Below are positions 51,405 through 64,000 of a DNA stretch of 64,000 bases, in pieces. The notes below the pieces were generated by a model. That model was not told the origin of the DNA and ran no database searches. It worked only from the letters and a program-made list of their open reading frames with translations. Made by a program: the position numbers and the translations under genes. This DNA is from Heterodontus francisci (Eukaryota), in the NCBI RefSeq assembly GCF_036365525.1, contig NC_090377.1:122688007-122752006 (forward strand). The letters run 5' to 3'. Each line of letters opens with the position of its first letter. Within the stretch, counting starts at the first letter, position 1.

Positions 51405-51800
51405 TTATTGGCCCTCCTCCAACTCCCCCATTTCCTGGTTCCCTCCCCCAGTTCCCCAAATTTATTGGCCACTCCCCCCAATTCCCCCATTTACTGGTGT
51501 CCTCCTGCAATCCTGCATTTACTGGCACCTTCCCCCAATTCCCCCATTTACATGCCCTTCCCCCATTTACTGGCCCCTCCCCTAATTCCCCCATTTACTG
51601 CTCCCTCCCATTCTCCCATTTACTGGTGCCCTCCTCCAATTCCCCAATTTAATGCCCCCTCCTCCAATTCCCCATTTACCAACCCCGTCCCCCAATTCTC
51701 CATTTACTGCCCCCCTCCCCTAATTACTAACCCTCCCCAATTTACAGGTACCTCACTCAAATTCCCCAATTTACCAGTGCCTTCTCTTATTTACTGGTGA
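51405..51800. repeat. C-rich minisatellite (~25-32-bp degenerate unit CCCCAATTCCCCCATTTACTGG)
   Basis: More than ten visible copies of the unit. Confidence 0.85.
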
Positions 51801-52378
51801 CCTCTCCCAGTTGTCCCTTTACTTTACTTGTCCCATTAGCACCTGTTTTTACCTTACACCCATCTCTTTTGTTATCCCAATCTCAGACCTTCCCCATTGT
51901 TATTTCCTTCCTGGATTAAGAGGTGACCTAATAGATGTTTTCAACATGATGAGAGGTTTCGATTGAGTAGTGGAGAAAAATTATTCCCTCTGGTGAGAGG
52001 CTACTCTGTTTTTGCTTAAAAACTGTTAAATCTCTAACCTCCCTTTTCTGATGAAAGGTCGTTGACCTAAAGCTTTAACTCTGTTTTTCTCTGCACAGAT
52101 GTTGCCTGAATTGCTGAGTGTTTCCAGCATTTTATGTTTTGATTTCATAATGAGACTTGTTTGGAATCTGAGTCATTCCCATTCCTATTAAAAGCTTGGC
52201 CCTTCAGCAGGGCTGCTTCTCCAGTCTTTTCTAAGATTAGTTCTTAGCTGTGTGTCCTGGCTGTCCAGCTGTGTCCTCAGCAACCAAACAATGCATTAAT
52301 TACAAGACCCATTCGATATGAACAATGATGGACAGGAAAAGACCCTCTTGTCCATCCAGCCGGTCCCATACAATTGCA

Positions 52379-53119
52379 ATGCCCTCTGCATCACAATTCA
52401 CACACTTCCTATTCCACCCAAAACCATGTGACCTCCTGGAAACGGCAAGAAAGTAGAAAAAAACTCAGGCCAATTTGAATCATAGAATTTTACAGCATTG
52501 GAGGACGTTCAGACCATCATGCTGTGCTAGCTCTTTGAAGGAGCAGTCGTGCTTAGTCCCATATGCCCACTTTGTGTTTGTAAACCTGTAAGTTCCGCAT
52601 CCTCAAGTACATGCCCAAATCCCTTTCAAAATTATTTATGGAATCAGCTTCCATCTCCCTCTCAGATAAAGTGTTCCACAGCCGTCAACTCTGTAAGTGA
52701 AAAGAATTCTCTTCATATTGTTACGACCAGGTGAGAAAGGTGTCTAAAGGTCCCTTTCAGCCTTCACCTGGTCGTAACAATATGAAGAGAATTCTTTTCA
52801 CTTACAGAGTTGACGGCTGTGGAACACTTTATCTGAGAGGGAGATGGAAGCTGATTCCATAAATAATTTTGAAAGGGATTTGGGCATGTACTTGAGGATG
52901 CGGAACTTACAGGTTTACAAACACAAAGTGGGCATATGGGACTAAGCACGACTGCTCCTTCAAAGAGCTAGCACAGCATGATGGTCTGAACGTCCTCCAA
53001 TGCTGTAAAATTCTATGATTCAAATTGGCCTGAGTTTTTTTATACTTTCTTGCCGTTTCCAGGAGGTCACATGGTTTTGGGTGGAATAGGAAGTGTGTGA
53101 ATTGTGATGCAGAGGGCAT
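52379..53119. repeat. Near-perfect inverted repeat: 356-bp arms (52379-52734, 52764-53119), 29-bp spacer
   Basis: Arms are reverse complements, with one mismatch noticed (52456/53042); the same 61-aa ORF appears on both strands in the ORF track. Confidence 0.95.
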
Positions 53120-53758
53120 GTACACATATGCAAATAGAGACAGAAAAGAGCAGGAGGAAAATAAAGTGGAAACATCTGAGGCAATATCTGAAAAGTTTCT
53201 GTTACGGTTCTTTGAGCTCACTGTAGAGTCCTTGGTTGTAGGTAGATCTTGCTTTTCGTTGGGGCCCAGTATTCGTCTTAAACCTTGTTCGCTGTAGGAG
53301 ACTTTTCTCTCTTGGGGTTCACGTGTCTTCAGTGGATTCAGAGACTTGTGAGAAAGAGATGGGAGCAGACAGGAGAGATCTTCTCAGTCCAGGAGCAAAC
53401 AGTCTTTCTGAGTTCAAACTCTCTGTGGCTAGTTCAAAAGACCCTGGAACAGCCAATTAGTCATGTGACCAGCTGGTCCAAATAGTCCTGGCCCCTGTGG
53501 ATTGCATCACACCAGCAGGCCCTGGAATGTGCTTCCCCACCCCCTCATTGTCCGGTGATCAACATCCATTGTGGGTTGAATGTGTCAGGAAATGGTCCTT
53601 CGTCCTTTCAAACACCATCAGTTAATATGCAAATGTCTTTTCCGGCCACGGCTGATCTGTTTAACAAGTCATTTCCTCACTCCAGTGACAGTTTAAAACC
53701 AATGTTCATGACAAACTTAATGTGCCTCATTCTTGGCAGGTGGCGGCCTCGCATGACA
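52719..53758 (-). mobile_element. Solo LTR (same family as 1800-2700), rearranged by the inverted duplication
   Basis: TGTTACGA...GCATGACA termini; 4-bp TSD ATAT (52715-52718, 53759-53762). Confidence 0.85.
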
Positions 53759-55534
53759 ATATTCCCTTTACATCTTTTGCGATGATTTTGAATCTATGAC
53801 CTCTAGTTATTAATGCACTCACCAGAGGGAATAATTTTTTTCTATTTATTCCATCAAAACCTCTATTAGATCCCCTTTTATGTTACAAGGAAAATAATCC
53901 TAACATTTTTTAATCATTTAAAAAAATTGAAAAGACTAATGGACCCAAAGGTGACCCTTGGGGAAGCACCACAACAAACCACCTCTTAGTCTGGAAAGCA
54001 CACATCCTTCACCACCCTCTGCTTCCTGTCACTGAGCCAATTCTGTTTCCATACCACCACTTTCACCTTAACTCTATGGACTTCCATCTTCTTAATAAGC
54101 CTCCTGTGTGACACTTTGTCCAGTGCCATCCCATATATATATCCACTGCACAATTAGGGGGAAAACATCCGGGAAATTCTTCTCCAACCCCCTCAAGCAA
54201 TCAAAGCTAATGTGAGAGATCACTCATGGAGCAAGTGTTATCTGTATAGCCACTTTCCTTCTAAATTATGTGATCTCTGTCCCCATCAAGAGCTTGGAGG
54301 CATGCAGAGAGTCAGCATCCACCAGCCCAGCAGGCAATGCATTCCAAAGACTCACTATCCCAGAGGCTAATGCTTAGCAGGAAGAGATCAGTGAGAGCAT
54401 TCTACTTGAGGGTTCCCAAAGTTAATTACTCAGTACACCAAGCAACCAAAAAATATCGGCAAGCCTTGTTTGTTCAGTTTTTGTGGGCGTTAATGTAGTG
54501 GAGATACAGATCAGCCATGAACTAATTGAATGGCGGAACAGGTTTGAAGGGCTGAATGTCCTCCCGTTCCTAAGCCATGGTGAACATTCATGGATATCTC
54601 TAGATGTAGAGAGCCTGTGGAGTTCTGCACCCCTGAAGCACAATGAGCTCGATACAGAAAGATTAATAATTGCCAATTGATAATCTTGAAGTGATTGCAT
54701 TATAACAGGCAGTTGATTATCGCAAAACAACAGAGTCAGTATATTTTACAGTAGACCAATCAATTTTTAAAAATTAAAGAATTGATTTCACATCACAGCA
54801 ATACTTCTTAACAAATCTATCCTTGTAAAATGCCTTAAAGGAGCAATGACATACATGCAGGTTTCATTATTTGATGGTCATGTTTGTGGTTTCTTCAGCT
54901 GTAGTTAATCATTGTAAATATTCTATGGGCTGATGTCTTCCTCTACTAAATTAGACACCCCATTGCTCAAAGAGTTCGCTGCCTTAACATATTTACAGCT
55001 GCATATAGAGAACAAATTAAAACCACAAACTCGCCCCGCCTCCAACTCATTGGCTGACACACCAGTGTCAATATTCACTTTATATATTAATACCTGGAAG
55101 GGTTCTGAGACTCAAAGGCTGCACGCACTGGGGTTACATAACTGTGAGGATAATTGGCCTAGTTCCCATTGGCCTTTGAATGTAGACGTGAATGTTAATG
55201 TGCATTCCAGACCTGCATTGTGATTGTTCTAGGGGCTGTTCAAGGCACAGCTCTCCCTGGTATTACAATATGGCTGCATAATGATTAATCCTTGTTAATA
55301 ATTCAGTCCTGCTTTGGGCTTGACAAATATTTTTTTCTTAAACCATAATTTGCCTGTGCGTTGGGAGATTGCAAGGTAAATAATGGAAAGCATACAAACT
55401 CATCTGTTATTAGACTTTTCTCCTAGTCAGTGGTGTCAGCTCTAAGGATCCCCATGTCTCATCTAGGATGCCTGGAAGACTGGGCTGAAAGGTACAGGAG
55501 ATTTGCAGAACTCTATGCTTTGAATGTGGGTTTA

Positions 55535-55930
55535 AAAATTTAAAAATGCTGATCCTTGTTTTCAAATCCCTCCTTGGCCTTGCTTCTCCCTATCTCTGTA
55601 ATCTCCTCCAGCGCTACAACCCTCCACAATCTCTGCACACCTCCAATTCTGGCCTCTTGCACATCCTTGATTTTAATCGCTCTACCATTGCCAGCTGTGC
55701 CTTCAGCTGTCTAGGCCCCAAGCTATGTAATTTCCTCCCTAAACATTTTCACCTCTCAACCTCTCTTTTCCTCCTTGAAGACACTCTTGAAAACCTGCCT
55801 CTACCACCTGTCCTAATATCCCTTTATATGGCTTGCTATCAAATTTTGTGTGATAAAGTTCCTGTGAAGCACCTTGGGATATTTTATTAAATTAAAGGCA
55901 CTACATAAATACAAATTGTTATTGTTGTTG
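55535..55930 (+). mobile_element. L2 3' end fragment
   Basis: ILVFKSLxGLAxPYL..AFS..GPKLxNxLP; (TTG)n tail. Confidence 0.8.
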
Positions 55931-56339
55931 CATATGAATTCAGTCCAATCCAGACTAATGAGATTACAATCTCCTCTCTCATGGCTATTTAGTTCTAAAG
56001 TGAAATTAATTTGGATAGCATCAATTTAGCTCTTGATGGGAGTAAATGCACAGAATAAAACTACCCATAATTTGGTGCTAATTTGGTCGTCTGATTTAAT
56101 AATTTGCTCTTCTGAGGCCCCTAAGTGGGTTTATCCAGTAAGTAGCTGCACAGACCAGCACAGACATCAGTTTGTTGCCAGGTCTGTGTTGAGTTAACTG
56201 ATCTCAGTTGAGGTTGGTGTAGGGATGCTACAGATGGCATCAGCATCCTTGTGCTAGGGAATAGAAAATTGTTCTCGATATGTGCTGTGAACATCTGGTG
56301 AGGGAAGCTCTTCCAAATCTCTGCCCCTCTTATCCTGAC

Positions 56340-56780
56340 TCACAACAAGTTCTGTTCACCATCGCCCCTGTGCTCGCTGAATGACATCAGCTCCTAGTAG
56401 GCAAAGCCTCAGGTTAAAAAATTCTCATCCTCATATTCAAATCACTCCATAGCTTTACCCTTGTCTATCTTTGTAAGCACCTCCAGACCTGCAACCCTCA
56501 GATCGCTACATTCCTCCAATTCTGGCCTCTTGTGCACTCCCCACTTCCTTCACTTCACCATTGGTAGCCGTGTCTTCAGTTGCCAAGGCCCTAAACTCTG
56601 GAATTCCCTCCCTAAAACTCTTTGCCTCTCTATTTCTCTCTCCTTCTTTAGGAGACCACTTAAAACCTGTCACTTCAACCAATCGTTTGGTCACATTAAT
56701 AATGTCTCCTTTGTCTGATAACGCTTCTGTGAAGCCATTGTGACATTTTACTGCATTAAAGGCACTATGTAAATGCAAGC
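56340..56780 (+). mobile_element. L2 3' end fragment
   Basis: GSRVFSCQGPKLWNSLP and tail GCACTATGTAAATGCAAG. Confidence 0.75.
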
Positions 56781-57369
56781 TGGTCAGGATATTTTCACTA
56801 CTTTTACCTGGTGCAAGATACAATTATAATAAGAATGTAAGCAAGACCCCGAGGATTGGTGATATGGAAAATGTGAATGTCACACTGACGCAGTAGAGTG
56901 AGTCTTTCTGAGGTTTGGATTCAGGCGTCTTGTTGGAACAGTGTAGGGAAAAATAGAATTTGCTTTTATATAGCACCTTAGCACATCTCTTGGGACAATT
57001 CAAAGCCTTTCGCATATGAGTTAACCTGACAATCAGTCACGGCTGTCAGGGAGCTTTACTTTTCATCTCTGCTGTGTGCATTAACTGATTTGGAGTGCTT
57101 GATGTTGACCGTTGGTACCTGAAATGGAAAGTGTTGTATTCCCCATGCGCTTAAATTTCAATGCCTCCCAAAATAAGTGACTTATAAATACAGCTGCAAT
57201 TGTGTTTATTCTTGAGCAGAAAAGCATGAATGATGCCTGGTCTTAGAACAAAATCACACATGGAATGATTAACTCCACAGAAAATCAGAAAAGGTGAATC
57301 CAATTTAGCACTTATAAAAAGAATTGACATTTAGTCTGTGAAGGGAGCCAGTCCCGGGTATATAATGTA

Positions 57370-57715
57370 GAAAGTACTGAGAGAGTGCTACCATTTATCA
57401 GATGAGACTTTAAACCGAAGCACTGCCTGTTCTCTCAGGTGGATGTAAAAGATCCCATGGCACTATTTTGAAGAACAGCAGTGGAGATCTCCCCAGTGTC
57501 AATATTTACTCCTCAACCAATATCATTAAAAAGAAATTATCTGGTCATTATCTCATTGCTGTTCGTGGGAGCTTGCTGTGCACAATTTGGCTGCTGTATT
57601 TCCTATATTACATCAGTGACTACACTTCAAAAGTAATTAATTGGCTGTGAAGCATTTTGGGATGTCCTGAGGTTGTGAAAGGCACTATATAAATAAAGTC
57701 CTTTCTTCTTTCTTT
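57370..57715 (+). mobile_element. DeuSINE
   Basis: Deu core and tail. Confidence 0.8.
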
Positions 57716-57929
57716 ATGTTAGATTAGATAGATGCTGTAGAGTTTGCTCAATTTATCTTCTGGGATGAGGAGGGGCAAAGCACTGGCAAATCGTCTGCAA
57801 TAGATTAAATACATTTGGCTAGGATCCATGACAGATTGTACAAGGTCCATGAAAGATGTAGGCCGGTGGGCTGAATGGCCTTTTCTTGTTCTGCGTATTG
57901 CGTTGTCACGGGTCATTTCACTTCAGACA

Positions 57930-58745
57930 ACATAGGAACAGGAGGAGGCCATTCAATCCCTTGAGCCGGTTGCCCCCTTCCGTTAGGTCATGACTGATCT
58001 GTACCTCAACTCCATTTACCCACTTTTGCTCCCTATCCTTTGATACCATTACCCAATAAAAATATATCAACCTCAGTCTCGAAAATCTCAATTGACCCCC
58101 CAGCGTACAGAGCTTTTATGGGGGAGAGAGTTCCAGATTTTCACTCTCCTTTTTTAAGATGATGTTCCCATGCTCTACATTTCCCCACCAGAGGAAATAT
58201 CTACTACATCAAATCCCTTCGTCATTTTAAAGATCCCGATTAGATCACCCCTTAATCTTCCATGTTTATGGGAAAACAAGCCTAGTCTGTGTAACCAGTC
58301 CTTACAATTTTGCCCTTTAAGCCCTGATTAATCTGCGCTGTACCCTTTCCAAGCTAATGTAGTCTTCTTGAGGTGCAATGCCCAGAACTGAACACAGTAC
58401 TTCAGATGGGGTCTAACTAAGGCTCTGCACAACTGAAGCCTTTGTATTCCAGCAGCCTTGTGATCAAGGGCGACATTGCACTAGGCTTTTTGATTACTTT
58501 TTGTACCTGTGCACTAGTTTTTAGTTATCGGTCTGCACAGACTCTCTAATCCTTTTGCTTCTCCACAGCTTCTAGTCACTCACTATTAAGAAAATATTTA
58601 GATTTTTCTTTCTTAGATCAAAAGGGGACGCCCTCACACTTTCCTACGTTGAACTCTATCTGTCACCGCTTTGCCCACACCTAATCTGCCTGACACATTG
58701 TAACTACCTGCTCCCATCTATGCAACTTGCAAGCTGCTGCATTGG
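57930..58745 (-). mobile_element. CR1 LINE 3' end, decayed
   Basis: AACATAGGAACAGGAGGAGGCCATTC tail; the minus strand reads LVRPHLKYCVQFWA. Confidence 0.75.
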
Positions 58746-58935
58746 TGATTTACCAGCAAGTAGTAGTGATGCAACATCTAAGAAAGACAATGGCAACTCT
58801 CAGTTTAGGACTAAAATGGGACAATATCACACACCTACCATTTTCGTACGGGTGCTGACCAGCTTTGCAATCATACAACAACTTGCATTTATATAGTGCT
58901 GCTAATGTTGTAAGACATCCTGAGGCACTTCACAG

Positions 58936-59266
58936 TAAAGACCCGCTACCCGACCCGAAACCGACAGGACCCGACGACATGTGTTGGGTTCGGGTTGGGT
59001 CGGGTCGCGCTTCTGGGTCCAGCATTCGGGTTCGGGTCCGGTCCGAGCGGACATGCTCTCTCACGACCTCAGGCAAATGACTCTAATGTTAACTTACTTT
59101 TTGGACTTTAAAGGTGGTTTTGTTACAGTTATTTTAAGCTTGTGCGGGTCGGGTTGGGTCGGGCGCGGGAAAAAATGGAAGGACTCGGGTCGGGTCGGGC
59201 TCGGGCTCGGATAGGATCCTGTCGGGCTCGGGTTGGGTCTCATTTGCAGACCCGAGCAGGCCTTTA
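58936..59266. mobile_element. hAT MITE (331 bp), relative of 25331-25756 in the opposite orientation, inserted in an L2 tail (~58875-59580)
   Basis: TIR TAAAGACCCGCT/AGCAGGCCTTTA; 8-bp TSD CTTCACAG (58928-58935, 59267-59274); TCGGG repeats. Confidence 0.9.
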
Positions 59267-60799
59267 CTTCACAGGCGTGGACTCAAGCCAAATTTGACAC
59301 CGAGCCACATGCGGAGATATTAGCACAGGGAACCAAAAGCTTGGTCAAAGAGGTAAGTTTTAAAGTGCATGTTAAAGAAGCAGAGAGAGAGCTTTCGGGA
59401 GGAAATTCCAGAACTTAAGGCCTAGAATGCTGAAGGTATGGTCGCCAATGGTGAAGCAATTAAAATTCGGGGTATGCAAGAGGCCAAAATTGGAGGAACA
59501 CTGAGACCTCAAAGGGTTATAAGGCTGGAGAAGGTTTCAGAGATAGGGAGAAAGGAGCCATGAAGGTTAATTTTGAATATTCCTTGCAAGTAGACGCAAT
59601 ACAGGAAGGTAATAATAATTCATCGAGACTGAAGGATGGAATTTCGCTTGGAATCCATGTGAAATGAGTAGGAGCCGAGACAATTGCTGAGGAAAGAGGT
59701 GTGGCATGATCAAAAATGAGAAGGGAAACTGATAACAATGAAGGTGAACAAGGTAAAAGAGACAGAGTTTTGATGAGAGCTCATCAACTTTAAACATCAA
59801 CACTGTTTCTCTCTCCACTGCAGCTGACTGACCTGCTTAAGTGAGCTCCAGCACTTTTTGTGCTTATTTCAGATTTCCAGCATCCGCAATATTTTACTTT
59901 GCTTTTCATCGTTGCTGTGTGCCACTAGGCGTCAGGCTTGTACTGTGCATATCAATGGTTGCATCAAGCTGTGGGGAGTCTGAAAGGAACATGGAGAGAA
60001 AACAGAAATCTTAAACAATATCGTTAAGGAACATGAATTTTTAAAGTGCTGGTGAAGATGGGTGCTTCAAAAATGCACTTAAAATCACTGACAATTATCA
60101 TTTATCTTCCAAAGAGGGCTGAAGAAAATGATTGCGGCTGTCTGTGTGTGCCTGTCTGTCTGTTTTGATGAGGGGATGATTCTGGCTGTGATTGTGTGTG
60201 TGTTTTAGTGAGAAGCTGTATTAGGGTTTTCACCGTGACAGCCTTGCCCACCCCGAAATTGACACTGGTTGCGGGTTGAAACTTGTAACTGCTGATAGAA
60301 TAGCCATTTAAAAAAATATTGCATTATAATTTCCAAACAAAGTTGAAATATTTGCTATGAACTTTACGGTATTAAGATATTATAAATTCGATTAAAAATA
60401 CATATGCTGTTGTACCTGCTGTAAGTTTAATACTAATTATGGTCTTATTTAACAGGCACAAGTGAGGAGGATTGTATTGCAGAAAGAGGCTCGCGAGTAC
60501 AGCAGGCACATATTGTGCAATCTGTGTGCATGTCCTACTGCATCATACAGCTTCTGCTGCCTCAAAAGTTCTATGTGGCCATTTTTGGGACAAATCAATG
60601 ATCGCAGCCCCCAGTCAAACAAGAAGTTGCATTACACAAGACCCTGGGGTACAGTTCCATGGGCTCTCATCACCCTCTCGTACCCTGCACAAGTGACCAC
60701 ATGTAAGTGCAGACAGTACATGTTGACAGACTATTTTAACTGGAGGATATCAGAGGTGATCTAAATCGTGTGCTCTTTCAACTTGCACGGGGGTTCACT

Positions 60800-61182
60800 C
60801 CTTGGGTTATCAACCCTCCAGGGTTGCCATGGAGCCTACAGGAATTGAAGATTGATCTCCAGGACACTGGAGGGAGCAAAAACCTGGGAGAAAAAACATT
60901 GGGACGTTAAAAAAAAAGTTGTGCACTTTTAAAAAATATTCTTTGAACACTTGCGCTTACTAGTTATAAAAGGATCTTTGGAGATGGGGAGAAAGGGACG
61001 TTTGACTGAAGTTGGGAATCATTCAGTCAGTTAATGAAGAGTCTGTTTTCTTCTCAATTGGCTGTGTGAAGGTGAGGTCTGTGAGGATAGACATGTTGGG
61101 TGACCAATGTCGAGACTGGGGTGGTGAGAGGTCATGTGATGAAACCTTCAGGAATATGTCCAACCAGAGGTGGAAACCCTAT
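60800..61182. mobile_element. Probable old hAT-type non-autonomous element
   Basis: AGGGTTGCCA / TGGAAACCCTA-like ends; the right end is shared with ~38120-38243. Confidence 0.45.
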
Positions 61183-61699
61183 TCCACCAGCTGTGTTCAT
61201 TGGACTGTGATCAGGTGTGGGAACTGGGGCTGATTTCTTTATTACATTTCCCCACCGTTGGCTTAGACCAACTTTGGCACGCAAACCCGGATCAGCTAAC
61301 TCAGCACAGAGTAAGGAACAGGTTTGGACCGTCTGCTCTTTAAGGGTTTAAGACCGACCCCATTCTGTGAATTTATTCACGAAACATTGGGAAAACCACA
61401 GCTGAAGAGAGGTTGCGGGGGTTGGTGGTAGGGAGATCACTGGGACCCATACTTCATAATAGTTACGACGGCAACAGGTTCAGTTTGAGTCCACCCAAAA
61501 TGGTGGCCAATTTTTAGCTTGCCACCATCTTTATAATCCAATGTTTCCAAGATCTGATCTTCGTACAAGAAGACCTTCGCAGCAATCACACCAAAGTTTC
61601 CAAAGGAACAAAATGCCCGCTGAAATCCTTTATTCATTATTTGTCATTTTGATATCATGGCAAGCCTGAATCTGTGCAGGGAATGGATGGGCTATGTTT

Positions 61700-62120
61700 G
61701 AAAGAAAGACTTGCATTTATAAAGTGCCTTTCATGAGCTCAGAAGATCCCAAAGCATTTTACAGACAATGAAGTGCAGTCACTGTTGTAATGTAGGAAAC
61801 ACAGCAGCCAATTTGCACACGGCAAGGTCCCATAAACAGCAACACGATAACTACTAGATGATCTGTTTTCATGATGTTGGTTGAGTATTGACCAAGAGAA
61901 CTCCACAGCTCTTCTTCAAAATAATGCCAGGGGGCTCTTTAATGTCTATCTGAGGGGGCAAAAAAGGTCTGATCTAAAGTCTCACCCAAAAGGTGGCATC
62001 ACTGACAGTGCAGCACCCTCTCAGTATTGCACTATGCTCAAGTCTTTGGAGTGGAGCTTGAGCCCACAACCTTCTGACTCTGAGGCAAAGGCACCAGTCA
62101 CTGAGCCATGGCTGACACAT
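61700..62120 (-). mobile_element. DeuSINE
   Basis: Tail AAAGAAAGACTTGCATTTATA, Deu core, tRNA-like head. Confidence 0.8.
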
Positions 62121-62719
62121 GCTTGACTTGCTAACTCATCAATAATGTGCCTCTCACACGGTCCCTTTAAAAACACACACGTAGAAACCTACTGTTGATG
62201 CTTCCAATTTTAAAACTCCTTTAAGTAAGTATATAAAAAATCAAGAACATGCCTTCAAAGACCAGGGCAACTTGTCAGAGTAATGCGTCAATTCAGTGAG
62301 AACAATTAAAAAGTGTAATTTGAATACATTACAATATGACTGAGCTAATATATTGCAGATTGAGCTAATCGTTGCTTTGGCTAATTTATATCATTTAGGC
62401 CCCTGTAGTGTCTCCATAAGGAAGATAATGATGGGGTCAGTCTGCCTGTTACACATACATCGGGGTTAGTGCTAATTGAGCTGTCAGCCATTTTTCATCC
62501 TGAATTATGATAGAATTCCATTAACTCCAAACCCTGGAAGAAAACGGCACCTGCCAATTGGGACCAAAAAGAAACAAAGAGGAATTAAACATGCAACTTG
62601 CTACTGGAGAGCCCGGGTGTCTGCAATTACGGGGGATTAGCAAGTGCTTTCTGTCTGTCTGCAAGAGTGTCAGTCTTTTTTTAAGAGTGGAGGCTGAATT
62701 GGTCAGACATAAAGATAAG

Positions 62720-63025
62720 AAAAAAAGACTTGCATTTATACAGCACCTTTCACGACCTCAGCATACCCTACACGGTTGAGGGAGAAATGTTGGACAGAAC
62801 ACTGGAGAGAACTTCCCTAGCTTTAGTCCAAAATAGTACCATGGGACATTCTGCAGCCATCAGATGGCTCGGTTTAACATCGCATTGTAAAGGGAAGCGC
62901 CTCGAACAGCGTAGCACTCCCTCAGTACTGTACTGGGAGTGTGAGCCTGGATTTTACACTCAAGCCTCTGGAGCAGGTGAACCCATGATATTCTGACTCA
63001 GAAGCACGTGGGCTATCAACTGACT
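62720..63025 (-). mobile_element. DeuSINE, internally deleted
   Basis: Tail and head present, part of the core missing. Confidence 0.7.
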
Positions 63026-64000
63026 TCACTTTCTGTGGTGAGTTTAATAGGCAACCATTGGACAAATACAACAAATTCCTAAAAAAAAAAGGCTAAGAGT
63101 GAGATGGCGTTTTCGCAAAGCTGACAGTGGAGCGGCACAACTCAGACAGTAACTTGTGGACATTCACAATTAATCATACATCTGCCCCTCGCCTGAGGTT
63201 GCTGTGCCATTTACCCATAGATAATGGCAGGTGCCATTGACCTTGCCATTATAGTGACTGAACATTCTGGTCCTAACATCTAATGCTATACAGTATTAGT
63301 GAGGGATTTTACAGAGTGTAACACAACTGTAAACCCATAGGATTGCATAGAATTACATGCAGACAGATAATTATCACTTGCAACTTCTAAAGACTACTTC
63401 TAAAGCCCAAGGCTGAGCTGCAGTGCTAAACAATTGTGACATTAATGAGCTATGAACTGAGAATCCACAATGGTAAAAGGAAATCACTTAGGGAGTGAGT
63501 GCTAATATCTGCAACACACAAAAAAGAAAAATAGATCCCAAATCACTTTCTCATAGATTTTAACTGAGGAAGAGTTTGATCTTTTCAAGTCGCTACTGCA
63601 ACAATTGTATCCATATAGCACCTTCAAAAAACACTGTGAGGTATTTCACATGGGCGGAAGACAATAAAGGACCAGATGCTGAGCTATGGTGCAAGAGTTG
63701 GGAGAGGAGACTGAAACTATGTTGAAAAGATGGGGTTTGAGAAGGTTATTAAAGATGGAGAGGTGGAAGCATTTAGGGAAGAAAATGCATAAGGCGTGAT
63801 TTTACGCAAGATGGACATTCCACATTGGATTCAGAAGGTGTGATGAACAAATCCCAACATTTTGGGGAGTAATTTTAACCTAGCTTGCCAGGAATCCCAT
63901 GGGATCGGGTGAAAATCTGGTTCTAAACTCCACCCAATATCACTGCCCGTTGACTCCAATGGCAAGAGAAATCGAGCGAGATATAAAACCGTGTGGCACC

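Noticed and set aside
52549-52949. Two identical 61-aa ORFs on opposite strands
   Set aside because: By-product of the inverted duplication of decayed CR1 and LTR sequence; no protein similarity recognised.
61437-61637. Protein-like 66-aa ORF
   Set aside because: Short, no recognised motif and no partner exons.

Overview
This is eukaryotic, repeat-dense DNA, very likely from a cartilaginous fish (shark), judged from HE1-type V-SINEs, SacSINE1-type DeuSINEs and abundant CR1/L2/Penelope relics. I found no intact host protein-coding gene, rRNA, tRNA gene or CRISPR array; nearly all ORF-track entries are transposon fragments or noise. The window is a nest of CR1, L2, Tx1, jockey/CR1-group and Penelope retroelements, two Gypsy proviral remnants, two copies of a ~0.9-1 kb LTR, a full-length Harbinger with both genes, and hAT MITEs. 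The standout is the minus-strand Gypsy element at ~16760-20051. Its RT/RNaseH/integrase region is replaced by an intronless, decayed Myc-family coding sequence (MBIII-MBIV-NLS-bHLH-Zip), with Gypsy pol-like sequence at both junctions, i.e. a retrotransposon that looks like a v-myc-style oncogene transducer. Also notable: a 356-bp near-perfect fold-back duplication at an LTR edge, two Harbinger-type elements at the same L2 position, tandem Tx1 insertions at one target, and a rearranged inverted Penelope element with hammerhead cores. Boundaries of old repeats are approximate and family names come from motif recognition, not database searches.
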